Shown here: one piece after another, positions 19,886-29,899 of the stretch | How positions within the stretch are numbered: position 1 is the stretch's first letter | How the letters are laid out: each line of letters begins with the position of its first letter | Assembly: GCA_964428315.1 (NCBI GenBank) | Contig: CAYRXT010000010.1 | Coordinates: 3,523 to 67,522 of the forward strand | Length of the DNA stretch: 64,000 nucleotides | Direction: 5' to 3' | Source: an uncultured Planctomycetales bacterium | Lineage (GTDB): Bacteria; Omnitrophota; Gorgyraeia; Zapsychrales; CAYRXT01 | Translations under genes and position numbers: made by a program | Notes under the pieces: generated by a model | Database searches by the model: none | Seen by the model: only the letters and a program-made list of their open reading frames with translations | What the model was told of the DNA's origin: nothing

Positions 19886-20026
19886 CACCGGCGGAGAATT
19901 CCGGCGGGAGAAGTCCATTTTTCACTTGAAAGCCCTTCCTAATCATATATAATATTCCCATCCAATTGAAATTAATGAACTTTCAAAAGAGTTGATGAAT
20001 GGGGTGTTCTTTTTCCGTGATTTTTC

Positions 20027-21028
20027 ATGAAGAGACCTGACAAACACATCGCCGTCATCGGTGACGGGGGATGGGGGACGACTTTGGCCATCCACTGTCA
20101 AAGAAAAGGATTCCCTGTCACTCTTTGGGGACCGTTCACGGAGTATGTTCGCTTTTTGAAAAAAACGAGGACGAACAAAAAATTTCTTCCCGGGGTGAAA
20201 ATCCCCCGGGCCGTCAGGATCACGGACAATCTCGGCGAAGCGGTGGAAGCCAACGATCTGATCATTCTGGCCATACCCTCAAAATATGTTAAAGGGGTCA
20301 TAAACAGGTTAAAGAAGTTCGATCTCTCTCAAAAAATTTTTTTAAGCGTCGCAAAGGGGATTGAGCCGACAACCCTGGAGAGGGTATCCCAGATCATGCG
20401 GCGTGAACTGAAAGGCGTCCAGCCGGCCGTGCTCTCGGGCCCCACGATCGCCGGCGAAGTTGTACGCGGTGTTCCTTCGTCCGCCGTCGTGGCCTGCCCG
20501 AAACTCCGGACGGCCCAAGCCCTCCAGAGGGTCCTCAACACCGAGACCTTCCGGATCTACACCAATACCGATATGGCGGGCGTCGAAATAGGGGGGAGCG
20601 CGAAAAACGTCATCGCCATCGCGTGCGGTCTGTGCGACGGCCTGGGCTACGGCAGCAACACCAAAGCGGCCCTGTTAACGCGCGGGCTGGCAGAGATCGC
20701 CCGCCTGGGAGTCGCCATGGGCGGCAAGGCCAGGACCTTCGCGGGGTTAAGCGGTCTGGGGGACCTGGTGACGACGTGTTTCAGCCCGCACAGCCGCAAC
20801 AGGACTGTCGGAGAGAAACTTGCCAGGGGCCGGAAGATCGGGGCCATTATCTCCGGCATGGATATGGTGGCCGAGGGCGTGACGACCGTCAAGGCCCTGA
20901 ACCGTCTGAGAAAAAAACACAATGTGTCTATGCCTATCACGCATGAGGTATATAATATTATTTACCGGGACAAGGCCCCCCGTAAGGCGGTCAGGCACCT
21001 TATGAACAGGAAACTGAAAAGCGAATGA
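20027..21028 (+). CDS. gpsA: NAD(P)H-dependent glycerol-3-phosphate dehydrogenase
   Basis: IAVIGDGGWGTTLA, full-length GpsA pattern. Confidence 0.9.
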   Translation: MKRPDKHIAVIGDGGWGTTLAIHCQRKGFPVTLWGPFTEYVRFLKKTRTNKKFLPGVKIPRAVRITDNLGEAVEANDLIILAIPSKYVKGVINRLKKFDLSQKIFLSVAKGIEPTTLERVSQIMRRELKGVQPAVLSGPTIAGEVVRGVPSSAVVACPKLRTAQALQRVLNTETFRIYTNTDMAGVEIGGSAKNVIAIACGLCDGLGYGSNTKAALLTRGLAEIARLGVAMGGKARTFAGLSGLGDLVTTCFSPHSRNRTVGEKLARGRKIGAIISGMDMVAEGVTTVKALNRLRKKHNVSMPITHEVYNIIYRDKAPRKAVRHLMNRKLKSE

Positions 21029-21033
21029 ATCGT

Positions 21034-21073
21034 CGGAGCGTAGCGCAGTTTGGCTAGCGCACTTGAATGGGGT
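21034..21073 (+). repeat. 40-nt perfect copy of the 5' half (acceptor-D-anticodon arm) of tRNA-Pro(GGG); left boundary of AT-rich islet
   Basis: cggagcgtagcgcagtttggctagcgcacttgaatggggt identical to 23498-23537; diverges immediately after. Confidence 0.85.
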
Positions 21074-21449
21074 GCTGATCTTAGGCATTTTTCCAGCCAA
21101 TTCCCATCACGCCATTTATCACATTTTTCGTCGAGAAACGTCGCTTTTTCGTTTTAACCAGCCTTAACAAATTTTAACCAATTGGGACCAATTTGGGACA
21201 CTTTTTGGACACCCTGCTGAATGGATAATTACCTCATCCACCCCGATTGAACTTGCGCAGCCTCATCGCAACATTCGCGACGTTTCGATAAATTCTCGGA
21301 AGATTTTTTAATGAATAAGGTATTTGTCGAAACGTATGGGTGCGAGATGGACGCGAAAAAGGACGGCAATGCGTAATATTGCTAAGGCCTTGACAAAACA
21401 CGATATATTGGTGATTTTTGAGAAAATTGAGGCATAAAATCAAGTAATC

Positions 21450-22063
21450 ATGTTCAAAATATTACTTCGAATATTAATTTTTTTTCTTATCTTTGTCACC
21501 TCCAATTTAACTATATTTTTTAGTAAATTTCTTGTTTATGAATTTGGAAGGCTCTTTACACAGAACGAATTTACCCTAAAAATAACGACAATATTTATTC
21601 TACGGCCAATGTCATTATAGCCCATGATTCTGAATGCATTTTCCCGAATGCCTATAAATCAGAAGAGAATGAACTTGTAGCCAAAACTTATTATTGGCAG
21701 GATATTCAAAGTAAAATAAGCTATTTCAACGAACATGGTTGTGAATATTCATTTGACATCTTTTCTGATAAGGACAGAATTAAGAATAACGATCGGTTAG
21801 ATAGCGTTAAATCCATTATTGATGGGAAAAAATATGTAACCTTAGAATTCTGGGATTCAGGTCCCAGGGCGTGGTTTACCAGAACACATTATCTTATTAA
21901 AAACAGAGAGGAAGTTGAGCTTCAATATTTTGACTCTTTTGATGCGAATAACCTGGTGTTTTTTTTCATTGCTCCTTTCATGTTTATTGGTTTCATCGGA
22001 AGTATTTGGATAAGTTTTAATGTACAAAGAAAAGTTATTAACCATTTATTCAAAAATAAATAA
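21450..22063 (+). pseudogene. frameshifted gene for a small membrane protein (N-terminal TM ORF 21450-21620 plus start-less 173-codon ORF 21542-22063 in another frame)
   Basis: Two overlapping open frames (MFKILLRILIFFLIFV... then ...NDNIYSTANVIIAHDSE...LVFFFIAPFMFIGFIGSIWISF) that a single-nt indel would join. Confidence 0.35.
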
Positions 22064-22125
22064 TGTTTTGGATCATTAGCAATAGAATGGTAATCAAACT
22101 ATTTTTTTTAATAAGGGGTATCCGC

Positions 22126-22154
22126 TTGACTCCAGTTACCACAAGATGTAGTAT
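22126..22154 (+). promoter_or_regulatory. sigma70-like promoter candidate (TTGACT-17-TAGTAT) for the islet TA operon
   Basis: TTGACT at 22126-22131, TAGTAT at 22149-22154. Confidence 0.35.
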
Positions 22155-22209
22155 ATCGGAGTTATGAATGAATACCCTAAAACGATCCTTGAGTCATAAA
22201 AAGTGATAA

Positions 22210-22422
22210 AAGAAAAAAGAACTCAATAAGTTAATCTCAGGGTATAAAAGCCTTGCCATTACTGACGACGCAAGAGCATTGGCGGAATATTATATCAACC
22301 ATGGCCTCATTCCAGAAAGACACATCGCCGATGCCTTGCATCTGGCCATTGCTACGATTAACGGAATGGATATTGTGATCATCTGGAATTATACGCACTT
22401 GGTGAAATTGTAGACGAGACAT
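22210..22422 (+). pseudogene. PIN-domain (VapC-like) toxin remnant, C-terminal third only
   Basis: ...RHIADALHLAIATINGMDIVIIWNYTHLVKL* resembles PIN C-terminus; preceded by in-frame stops, no N-terminal catalytic part. Confidence 0.45.
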
Positions 22423-22503
22423 CTGGTTAACGCTTTGAATTTGGTCAGCGGATATAGCGAAATTGAGATCATTTTACCCATCGAGTACTAAGGAGGCCCC
22501 AAA

Positions 22504-22695
22504 ATGAAAGAACCTGCTTTTCTCAAAGAAATTCATGAGCACCATTTAAGAGAATATAAAAATATTAAGAATAAGTCTCTCAAAAAACGATTAAAATCGA
22601 TCCAGCAGAAAGCGAATATGATGAAGAAGTCTGCAACCGTATCGCGTGGTTCGCCAAATGGATTTTCCGAAAACACAAAAATGGAATATAGCTAA
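22504..22695 (+). CDS. small lysine-rich protein (63 aa), first gene of TA operon, function unknown
   Basis: Strong SD (taaggagg) 6 nt upstream; stop immediately abuts MNT start. Confidence 0.4.
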   Translation: MKEPAFLKEIHEHHLREYKNIKNKSLKKRLKSIQQKANMMKKSATVSRGSPNGFSENTKMEYS

Positions 22696-23022
22696 ATGAC
22701 CAAAACCATGGAAACCCGTCAATTTATTAAACGGGCCGCTGAACAAATCGGGAAAAAGTTTCATCCCAAGAAGATTATTTTATTCGGCTCCTATGCGAAT
22801 GGGCATCCCAATAAAGACAGCGATATCGACCTGTTGGTGGTGTTCAAGGACAAACAACCGGCTGCAAGAAGGTATGCCCAGATTTGCCGGGAGTTAGAAC
22901 CCATGATACGGCCTGTCGATGTGTTGGTCCGTTCAACCAAGGATATACAATATCGGTTGAAGATAGGCGACCCGTTTATTGAAGAGATCATTCATACAGG
23001 TAAGGTCCTGTATGAAAATTAA
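22696..23022 (+). CDS. minimal nucleotidyltransferase (MNT) antitoxin-type protein
   Basis: GSYANGHPNKDSDIDLLVVF nucleotidyltransferase signature. Confidence 0.75.
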   Translation: MTKTMETRQFIKRAAEQIGKKFHPKKIILFGSYANGHPNKDSDIDLLVVFKDKQPAARRYAQICRELEPMIRPVDVLVRSTKDIQYRLKIGDPFIEEIIHTGKVLYEN

Positions 23023-23392
23023 GTATATTCAAGAATGGATAGCTAAAGCGGAACAGGACTACCAGACTATTCTTATTTTATCCCGTCAACGGAAGAAAAT
23101 TTTACCGGACATTATGTGTTATCATGCGCACCAATGTGTCGAGAAATATCTAAAAGGATTGTTGGCAAAGCATACCGGAAAAGTTCCTAAAACGCACAAT
23201 CTGATTTTCCTGGCGGATGAATTAATAAGTTGTGAACCGGAATTAGAATCAACCAAGGACATCCTGAGAAATCTTAACCGATATGCCGTCGAACTTCGTT
23301 ATCCCGGAGAGTCCGCCACAAAACAAGAAGCAAAAAGTGCGGTCAAGCAAATAAAGCAAATTCGAAAGATTCTCAGATCAAAATTGTCCTAG
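23012..23392 (+). CDS. HEPN-domain toxin-type protein (partner of MNT)
   Basis: Overlaps MNT by 11 nt; all-helical; ...AVELRYPG... R-X4-6-H-like HEPN region. Confidence 0.65.
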   Translation: MKIKYIQEWIAKAEQDYQTILILSRQRKKILPDIMCYHAHQCVEKYLKGLLAKHTGKVPKTHNLIFLADELISCEPELESTKDILRNLNRYAVELRYPGESATKQEAKSAVKQIKQIRKILRSKLS

Positions 23393-23497
23393 ACAACAAA
23401 ATAATATGGACACTTTTTGTACCCTTGACCCAAAACAGGACATGGCCGGAGAATCGCAGCATTTGCAAGTTATTGAAAAGGATAAACATAGATTAAT

Positions 23498-23572
23498 CGG
23501 AGCGTAGCGCAGTTTGGCTAGCGCACTTGAATGGGGTTCAAGAGGTCGTGAGTTCGAATCTCACCGCTCCGA
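23498..23572 (+). tRNA. tRNA-Pro (anticodon GGG)
   Basis: CGGAGCG...CGCTCCG acceptor, anticodon loop ATGGGGT, GAGTTCGAATCTC, CCA encoded. Confidence 0.85.
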
Positions 23573-23597
23573 CCATTCCAAAAAAGGACAGGGAACG

Positions 23598-23963
23598 ATG
23601 GACGAATGGACAAATGAAGAGCGCCGGCGGTATCAGAGGATCGAAAAACACTTCATCATTTCTTACTATGAACAGTCCGATCCTGAAAAAAAACACCACA
23701 TCTCCCAGATCAAAAATATCTCTCTGGGGGGCATGTGTTTTGTCGCGACCCGTTCTTTCGAGAAAATGAGCAAAATCAGTATCGAGCTCAAGACGCCCTA
23801 CCTGGACGACACGGTGCACCTGGAAGGGGTTGTCCTGAATTCCATCGAAAAAATCCCCAATCTGTTTTTTGAGATCCACATGGCCTTCGAGAAGCCCTCG
23901 CCGGAGGCCCGCATGATACTTGAGAAGACGATCTCTTATTTTAAAAACAATCCCCAAAAATAG
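23598..23963 (+). CDS. PilZ-domain protein (c-di-GMP receptor), single domain
   Basis: RRRYQRIE (RxxxR) and NISLGGMCF (D/NxSxxG) motifs; track ORF 23514 start overlaps the tRNA. Confidence 0.65.
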   Translation: MDEWTNEERRRYQRIEKHFIISYYEQSDPEKKHHISQIKNISLGGMCFVATRSFEKMSKISIELKTPYLDDTVHLEGVVLNSIEKIPNLFFEIHMAFEKPSPEARMILEKTISYFKNNPQK

Positions 23964-23990
23964 CGCGCGGCAGACAGGAGTCCTGATGTC

Positions 23991-25289
23991 ATGAAAAAAT
24001 GCACTATCGGCCTCATCGGTTACGGCACCGTGGGAACCGGTGTGGTCAAAATACTGCGCGGACAACAACAGGCGTTCCGTAAACACTACGGCGTTGACTT
24101 CCAGATCAAAAAGATCTGTGACAAGGATTTCAAGGGCAAGGACCTGAAAGGCGTCTCTCGGGACATCCTGACCTCCCGCATCCAGGATGTGACCGGAGCC
24201 GAAGACATCGATGTGGTCGTCGAACTGATCGGCGGCCGGCATCCGGCGGGGTCGATCGTGATCGAGTCCTTCCGGAACGGAAAGGACGTGGTCTCGGCCA
24301 ACAAAGAGCTTATTGCCCATGAAGGCCGGGGCCTTTTCCAGGAGGCCCTGAAGCGCAACAGGAAGTTCTATTTCGAATCGGCCGCCGGCGCCGGGGTCCC
24401 CATGATCAACATCCTGCAGGACGGTCTGGCCGGCGAAGACATCAACGGCATTTACGGCATTGTGAACGGGACCTGCAATTATATCCTCAGCGAAATGACC
24501 CGGCGGGACTACACCTTCAACCAGGCCCTTGCGGACGCCCAGGCCAAAGGGTTCGCGGAAAGAAACCCCGCGCTGGACATCAACGGCATGGATTCGGTCC
24601 ATAAACTGTCCATCCTGGTCCTTCTGGCGATGGGGCGTTTCGTACAGCCCGGAGACATCCACGCCGAGGGGATCACCCATATTTCGCATGACGATATCGA
24701 ATACGCCAGGGAAATGGATCTCGTGATCAAGCTCCTGGCCATTGCCAAAAAGGCCAACAACACGCTCGAAGTGCGGGTGCACCCGACCCTGATCGAAAAC
24801 GATCATCCACTGGCATCGGTGAACGGGGTGTTCAATGCCCTGTTCCTGGACACACAGCCCCTGGGCGACATCAGCCTCTACGGCCGGGGGGCCGGCCGGA
24901 TGCCGGCGGCCGCCGGCGTGGTGGCCGACCTGTTGAATCTTGCCGCCCGGCCGGGGTATCAGCCCGCCGAACGGATACTGCGGAGGGAAGGGGAGGGGAA
25001 AAGGCTGAAACTCCGGAAGATCGGACAGATCGCCACGCGCTACTACATCCGCTGCATGGTCCAGGACAAGCCGGGCGTCCTGGCCAGGATCACCGGGATA
25101 CTGGGCAGGCACGGCATCAGCATCGATTCGGTCTCCCAGAGAAGACGGCACAAAACGTCGGCCGTTCCCATCGTCATGTTATCGCACGAGGCCAAAGAAA
25201 GCAGGGTGCGCGAGGCCCTGGAAAAAATCCATCGTCTTTCCGTGGTCAAAAGCAAACCTGTCGCCATCCGGATGGAGGAACTGCCATGA
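23991..25289 (+). CDS. hom: homoserine dehydrogenase with C-terminal ACT domain
   Basis: [24 protein letters not shown] domain at C-terminus. Confidence 0.9.
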   Translation: MKKCTIGLIGYGTVGTGVVKILRGQQQAFRKHYGVDFQIKKICDKDFKGKDLKGVSRDILTSRIQDVTGAEDIDVVVELIGGRHPAGSIVIESFRNGKDVVSANKELIAHEGRGLFQEALKRNRKFYFESAAGAGVPMINILQDGLAGEDINGIYGIVNGTCNYILSEMTRRDYTFNQALADAQAKGFAERNPALDINGMDSVHKLSILVLLAMGRFVQPGDIHAEGITHISHDDIEYAREMDLVIKLLAIAKKANNTLEVRVHPTLIENDHPLASVNGVFNALFLDTQPLGDISLYGRGAGRMPAAAGVVADLLNLAARPGYQPAERILRREGEGKRLKLRKIGQIATRYYIRCMVQDKPGVLARITGILGRHGISIDSVSQRRRHKTSAVPIVMLSHEAKESRVREALEKIHRLSVVKSKPVAIRMEELP

Positions 25290-26341
25290 GCCGGCACGGG
25301 GTTATCCACCGCTACAAAGCCTTTCTTCCTGTGAGCGACGCTACCCCGGTCGTTTCTCTTCTTGAGGGCAACACACCGCTTATCCTGTCCCGTTATCTTT
25401 CGGAACGCATCGGGCTGGACGTGTATCTGAAATACGAGGGGCTGAACCCCACCGGATCCTTTAAGGACCGTGGCATGACCATGGCCATCTCCAAAGCCCT
25501 GGAAAAAGGGGCCACCGCCGTCATGTGCGCCTCGACGGGCAATACCTCGGCCTCGGCCGCGGCCTTCGCCGCCCGCAGCGGGCTCAAATGCATCGTCATT
25601 ATCCCCGAGGGGAATATCGCCCTGGGAAAACTGGCGCAGGCCATGATCCACAAGGCCCAGGTGATCGCCATCGAAGGCAATTTTGACGACGCCCTGAACC
25701 TGGTCCGGCAGATCACCGACGCCTATCCGATCGAACTGGTGAATTCACTCAATCCTTTCCGCATCGAGGGACAAAAAACGGCCGCCTTCGAGGTGTGTGA
25801 TTTTCTAGGCGACGCGCCTCACTTCCACGCCATCCCCGTCGGCAACGCCGGCAACATAACGGCCTACTGGAAAGGGTACAAGCAGTACCATGAGGCCCGG
25901 CACGCCACGCGCCTGCCGCGCATGCTCGGCTTTCAGGCCGCAGGCGCGGCTCCCATTGTCGAAAAAAAGGTGGTCCCCCGCCCGGAAACCATCGCCACGG
26001 CCATACGCATCGGCAATCCGGCCAGCTGGCGCAGCGCCGAAGAGGCCAGAGACCAGTCCGGGGGGCTGATCGATAAGGTCACCGACGATGAGATCATCGC
26101 GGCCTACAAGATCCTCGCCGGTGAAGAGGGCGTGTTCGCGGAGCCCGCTTCGGCCGCCTCGGTCGCCGGGATTTTGAAGCTCCATCAAGAAGGATTCTTT
26201 AAGGGACAGGACGGCATGGTCGTCTGCACCCTGACCGGACACGGGCTCAAGGATCCCAACATCGCCATAAAAAATGTCGCTGAACCCAAAGTCGTGAGAG
26301 CGGATCTCAAAACGGTCCTGAATGAAATCGGTTACGCGTAA
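25286..26341 (+). CDS. thrC: threonine synthase
   Basis: [17 protein letters not shown]-lysine motif, short-form ThrC. Confidence 0.9.
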   Translation: MSRHGVIHRYKAFLPVSDATPVVSLLEGNTPLILSRYLSERIGLDVYLKYEGLNPTGSFKDRGMTMAISKALEKGATAVMCASTGNTSASAAAFAARSGLKCIVIIPEGNIALGKLAQAMIHKAQVIAIEGNFDDALNLVRQITDAYPIELVNSLNPFRIEGQKTAAFEVCDFLGDAPHFHAIPVGNAGNITAYWKGYKQYHEARHATRLPRMLGFQAAGAAPIVEKKVVPRPETIATAIRIGNPASWRSAEEARDQSGGLIDKVTDDEIIAAYKILAGEEGVFAEPASAASVAGILKLHQEGFFKGQDGMVVCTLTGHGLKDPNIAIKNVAEPKVVRADLKTVLNEIGYA

Positions 26342-27017
26342 GCCCCAAAAATCATCCTTGAAGGCAACCCCCCCCCTCAGATACAAGAGGATTCTCTTAA
26401 CTTGCGGCCCGACATGGGTGGCGCTCGATCCGTTCCGGGTCGTCAGCAACTGTTCGTCGGGCGAACTGGGATGGACGCTGGCCGGTCTCTTGAAGGACCG
26501 CGGCGCCGCAGTGACACTGCTCGCCGGACCGGGGTATCACCGGCCTTCACGCACGGACTTGGCAGTTAAGCGGTTTTTTTATTTCCGTGAACTGAAGGAC
26601 CTGTTGCATGTCGAACTGAAAAAGAAGTACCACGCCGTTATCCACGCGGCGGCGGTATCGGATTTCATTCCCGAAAAGGCCTCCCGGGTCAAAATCCCCA
26701 GCCGGAAGGCCGGGGTCGTCTTCAGAATGAAGCCGGCGCCGAAACTGATCGACGGCATCAAAAGGCAGAATCCCCGCGCGGTCCTTTTCGGTTTTAAATT
26801 GACGGACCGCTTAAAAAAACAAGAGGCCGCGGCCCTGGCCCGGGACCTCATAAAGCGGGCCCGCTGCGATTGGGTGGCCGTCAACGGTTTTTCAAGGGGC
26901 CGTTATGCCGGCTTCATCATCGACAGGAACGGATCGACAGTGGGAGAGGCCCGTAGCCGCCGTTCCATGGCCGTGGAGATCGTCCGCTGTCTGAGTGGGC
27001 ATTTTCTGAGGTCTTAA
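26322..27017 (+). CDS. coaB: stand-alone phosphopantothenate--cysteine ligase (CoaB/DFP C-terminal domain-like)
   Basis: [26 protein letters not shown] matches CoaB ITAGPTxExIDPVRxISNxSSGKMG; no CoaC flavin domain. Confidence 0.65.
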   Translation: MKSVTRKPQKSSLKATPPLRYKRILLTCGPTWVALDPFRVVSNCSSGELGWTLAGLLKDRGAAVTLLAGPGYHRPSRTDLAVKRFFYFRELKDLLHVELKKKYHAVIHAAAVSDFIPEKASRVKIPSRKAGVVFRMKPAPKLIDGIKRQNPRAVLFGFKLTDRLKKQEAAALARDLIKRARCDWVAVNGFSRGRYAGFIIDRNGSTVGEARSRRSMAVEIVRCLSGHFLRS

Positions 27018-27019
27018 CC

Positions 27020-28222
27020 ATGAAATATATCGTTATCGTTCCCGACGGCATGGCGGACTGGCCGGTCAAAGACATCGGCGGAAAAACGCCGCTGGAAGCC
27101 GCTCATACCACCAACATGGACTATATGGCCCAAAGAGGCACGGTCGGCTGTGTCCAGACCATACCCCGCGGCATGAAACCCGGTTCGGATATCGGCAACC
27201 TGGCGATTATGGGGTACGATCCCAGGACATGTTTTTCCGGCCGTGCGCCGCTGGAGGCCGCCAATCTGGGGATCGACATGGCAGAGGACGAGGTCGCCTT
27301 CCGTTGCAACCTGGTCACCGTGGAGAATAATACAATGGTGGATTACAGCGCGGGCCATATCAAGACGTCAGAGGCCGCCGAGATCATCGAGTCGCTCAAC
27401 GAAAAACTGCGGAGTGACACCATCCGCTTCCACGCGGGCAAAAGCTACCGTCACCTTCTGATCCTGAAGGCCAGAAATACCCGGACCATGGTCGGCATCA
27501 GGACTTGCGCGCCCCACGACATCATGGGGCAGGATATCAGGAAATATCTGCCGTCGGGTAAAAACGCCGAGATCCTCCAAAGGATCATGGAACAGGCCGC
27601 GAAGATACTTGAGGGGCATCCCGTCAACAATGTCCGTCTTGACCTCAAGGAGAACCCGGCCAGTCAAATCTGGTTATGGGGACAGGGGGTGAGGCCCGCC
27701 TTACCGCCTTTTGAGGAACGGTTCGGTATCAAAGGGGCCGTCATCTCCGCCGTGGACCTGGTCAACGGCATCGGGAAACTGGCCGGCCTGGATATTATCC
27801 GCGTCCCGGGCATCACCGGCTATTATGACACCAATTACAAAGGCAAGGCCTCCTACGCGCTCAGCGCCCTCAAGGATCATGATTTCGTCTTCATCCATAT
27901 CGAGGCCCCCGATGAAGCCGGCCACAACGGCGACTGGAAAAACAAGATAGCGGCCATCGAACACATCGACCGGGAGATCGTGGGGGAGGTGCTCAACCAT
28001 TTTAACGAACACGACGATTTCCGGGTGCTGATCCTTCCGGACCACGCCACGCCCGTCGAGAAACGCACCCACACCGACGAGCCTGTCTGTTTTCTGATGT
28101 TCGGAAAGCATATCCGTTCCGGGGGGGCGCCGGCGTTCACCGAGGCCGGCGCCAGGACAGCGGACATCCACTTTCACAGCGGAGAAGAACTGATGCGGTC
28201 CTTTCTCGGGAGGACCCCATGA
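27020..28222 (+). CDS. archaeal-type cofactor-independent phosphoglycerate mutase family (aPGM); candidate non-canonical homoserine kinase by context
   Basis: MKYIVIVPDGMADWP N-terminus and metalloenzyme pattern; directly follows hom-thrC. Confidence 0.7.
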   Translation: MKYIVIVPDGMADWPVKDIGGKTPLEAAHTTNMDYMAQRGTVGCVQTIPRGMKPGSDIGNLAIMGYDPRTCFSGRAPLEAANLGIDMAEDEVAFRCNLVTVENNTMVDYSAGHIKTSEAAEIIESLNEKLRSDTIRFHAGKSYRHLLILKARNTRTMVGIRTCAPHDIMGQDIRKYLPSGKNAEILQRIMEQAAKILEGHPVNNVRLDLKENPASQIWLWGQGVRPALPPFEERFGIKGAVISAVDLVNGIGKLAGLDIIRVPGITGYYDTNYKGKASYALSALKDHDFVFIHIEAPDEAGHNGDWKNKIAAIEHIDREIVGEVLNHFNEHDDFRVLILPDHATPVEKRTHTDEPVCFLMFGKHIRSGGAPAFTEAGARTADIHFHSGEELMRSFLGRTP

Positions 28223-29856
28223 TCAACGCATTTTATCTCATGCTCGCGGTCATTTTGACCTTCATCCTGGCCTACCGTTCGTACATCAGGAAGATCGAGA
28301 ACATCTGGCAGATCGATCCGGAAAGGCCGACGCCGGCGGCCACGCGGTTCGACGGCGTCGATTTCCTCCCGGCCAAAAACTGGCTGGTGCTCTTCGGTCA
28401 TCACTTTTCATCGATCGCCGGGGCGGGCCCGATCATCGGACCGGTCATCGCCTGCTATCTCTGGGGTTGGGGACCGTCGCTTTTGTGGGTTGTCCTGGGC
28501 TCCATCTTCCTGGGATGCATCCATGATTTCGGATCCCTGATCATCTCGGTGAGAGAGGAGGGGATTACCATCGGCGAGATCGCCTCGCGCTCCATCTCGC
28601 GCAAGGCCAAGCTGATCCTTTCGGTCTTCACGTGGCTGGCCCTGATCCTGGTGATCGCCGTCTTCGCTTACCTGGGGGCCAAGACCCTCGTGACACAGCC
28701 CGAAATCGTCGTCCCCTCCTTGGGGATCATACCCCTGGCCGTCCTGGTTGGGCTGGGGCTCTACCGTTTCAAGTGGCCGGCGACGCCGGTCACCGCCGCC
28801 GGCTTGGTGCTTCTGGCCGGCCTTATCATCACAGGAAAATCATTTCCCGTCAAACTGCCGGGCGACAGCCAGACAGCCTGGATCATTGTCCTTTTTGTCT
28901 ACTGTTTTTTCGCGTCGATCACCCCCGTCAATATCCTTCTGCAGCCCCGGGACTATCTTTCCAGCTTTCTCCTTTTCGGCGGTCTTCTCGTCGGAATGAC
29001 GGGCATCGCGGTGAACCAGCCGGTTATGCCCGCCTCCAACGCGTTTATCCGGTTCGACAGCCCCGTCGGGCTATTGTGGCCCATGATGTTTATCACCATC
29101 GCCTGCGGCGCGAATTCCGGATTTCACTGCCTTATCTCTTCGGGGACGACATCCCGCCAGCTGCCCAACGAACGCTTTGCCAAAAGGATCGGCGCCGGCG
29201 GCATGCTTATGGAAGGCCTGCTTGCGGCGATGGTCATCGTGATCGTAATAGGGGGATTCAGCATGGACGCGTTCCACGCGCACATCAGCGGCAAGACCGA
29301 TCCGGTGACGATCTACGGAACGGGCTTCGGCAATATCACGCGCTCTTTTTTGGGACCCTGGGGCATGTTCTTCGCCCTGACCATCCTGAACGTCTTCATC
29401 CTGACGACCCTTGATTCCGCCACACGGATCACCCGTTACATCAGCGAGGAACTCTTCCGCATCAAGAACCGCTACCTGGCCACGCTGATTGTGATCGTGT
29501 TCAGCGCCTTCCTGGCCCTGGGCAAAGACAGCACCAATGTCCCTCTGTGGCAGAAAATCTGGCCGGCCTTCGGGGCCTCCAACCAGCTCGTGGCCGCCCT
29601 GGCCCTTCTGGTCATCACCAGCTGGCTGCTGAGCAAAGACAAACCGGTCCGTTACGCGCTGTTCCCTGCGCTGTTCATGCTCGTCACGTCGCTGACCGCG
29701 CTGATTTTTCAGTTGACAGCCTACTGGAAACATAGAGAATATACGTTAATTGTCATATCACTGATATTGGTCCTATCGGCCCTGGTCCTGGCTGGAGAAG
29801 TCATCCGGGCCTTTCGTAAAAAATTCCGCGAGCGGGGATGCAGGGCGTCCGCGTAA
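28219..29856 (+). CDS. cstA: carbon starvation protein CstA family transporter
   Basis: FGHHFSSIAGAGPIIGPV, ~16 TM helices. Confidence 0.85.
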   Translation: MINAFYLMLAVILTFILAYRSYIRKIENIWQIDPERPTPAATRFDGVDFLPAKNWLVLFGHHFSSIAGAGPIIGPVIACYLWGWGPSLLWVVLGSIFLGCIHDFGSLIISVREEGITIGEIASRSISRKAKLILSVFTWLALILVIAVFAYLGAKTLVTQPEIVVPSLGIIPLAVLVGLGLYRFKWPATPVTAAGLVLLAGLIITGKSFPVKLPGDSQTAWIIVLFVYCFFASITPVNILLQPRDYLSSFLLFGGLLVGMTGIAVNQPVMPASNAFIRFDSPVGLLWPMMFITIACGANSGFHCLISSGTTSRQLPNERFAKRIGAGGMLMEGLLAAMVIVIVIGGFSMDAFHAHISGKTDPVTIYGTGFGNITRSFLGPWGMFFALTILNVFILTTLDSATRITRYISEELFRIKNRYLATLIVIVFSAFLALGKDSTNVPLWQKIWPAFGASNQLVAALALLVITSWLLSKDKPVRYALFPALFMLVTSLTALIFQLTAYWKHREYTLIVISLILVLSALVLAGEVIRAFRKKFRERGCRASA

Positions 29857-29899
29857 ACCTGCTTAAACAGGAACCTCTTTAAGGAGGAAGACAAATTTT

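Larger units (their letters stand above)
21034..23572 (+). mobile_element. degraded integrated islet (~2.5 kb, AT-rich) bounded by tRNA-Pro 5'-half direct repeat; carries TA genes, no integrase
   Basis: Direct repeat 21034-21073/23498-23537; visibly AT-rich relative to the flanks; cargo of toxin-antitoxin genes and gene fragments. Confidence 0.45.

Noticed and set aside
21074-21450. Searched islet left arm for integrase/recombinase remnants
   Set aside because: No tyrosine-recombinase (R..H..R..Y) or serine-recombinase motifs in any frame. Only short ORFs without domain signatures.
23538-25151. 537-aa ORF on minus strand
   Set aside because: Antisense to PilZ and hom, which have clear conserved motifs. 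Composition Pro/Gly/Arg/Asp-rich, typical of spurious open frames in high-GC DNA.
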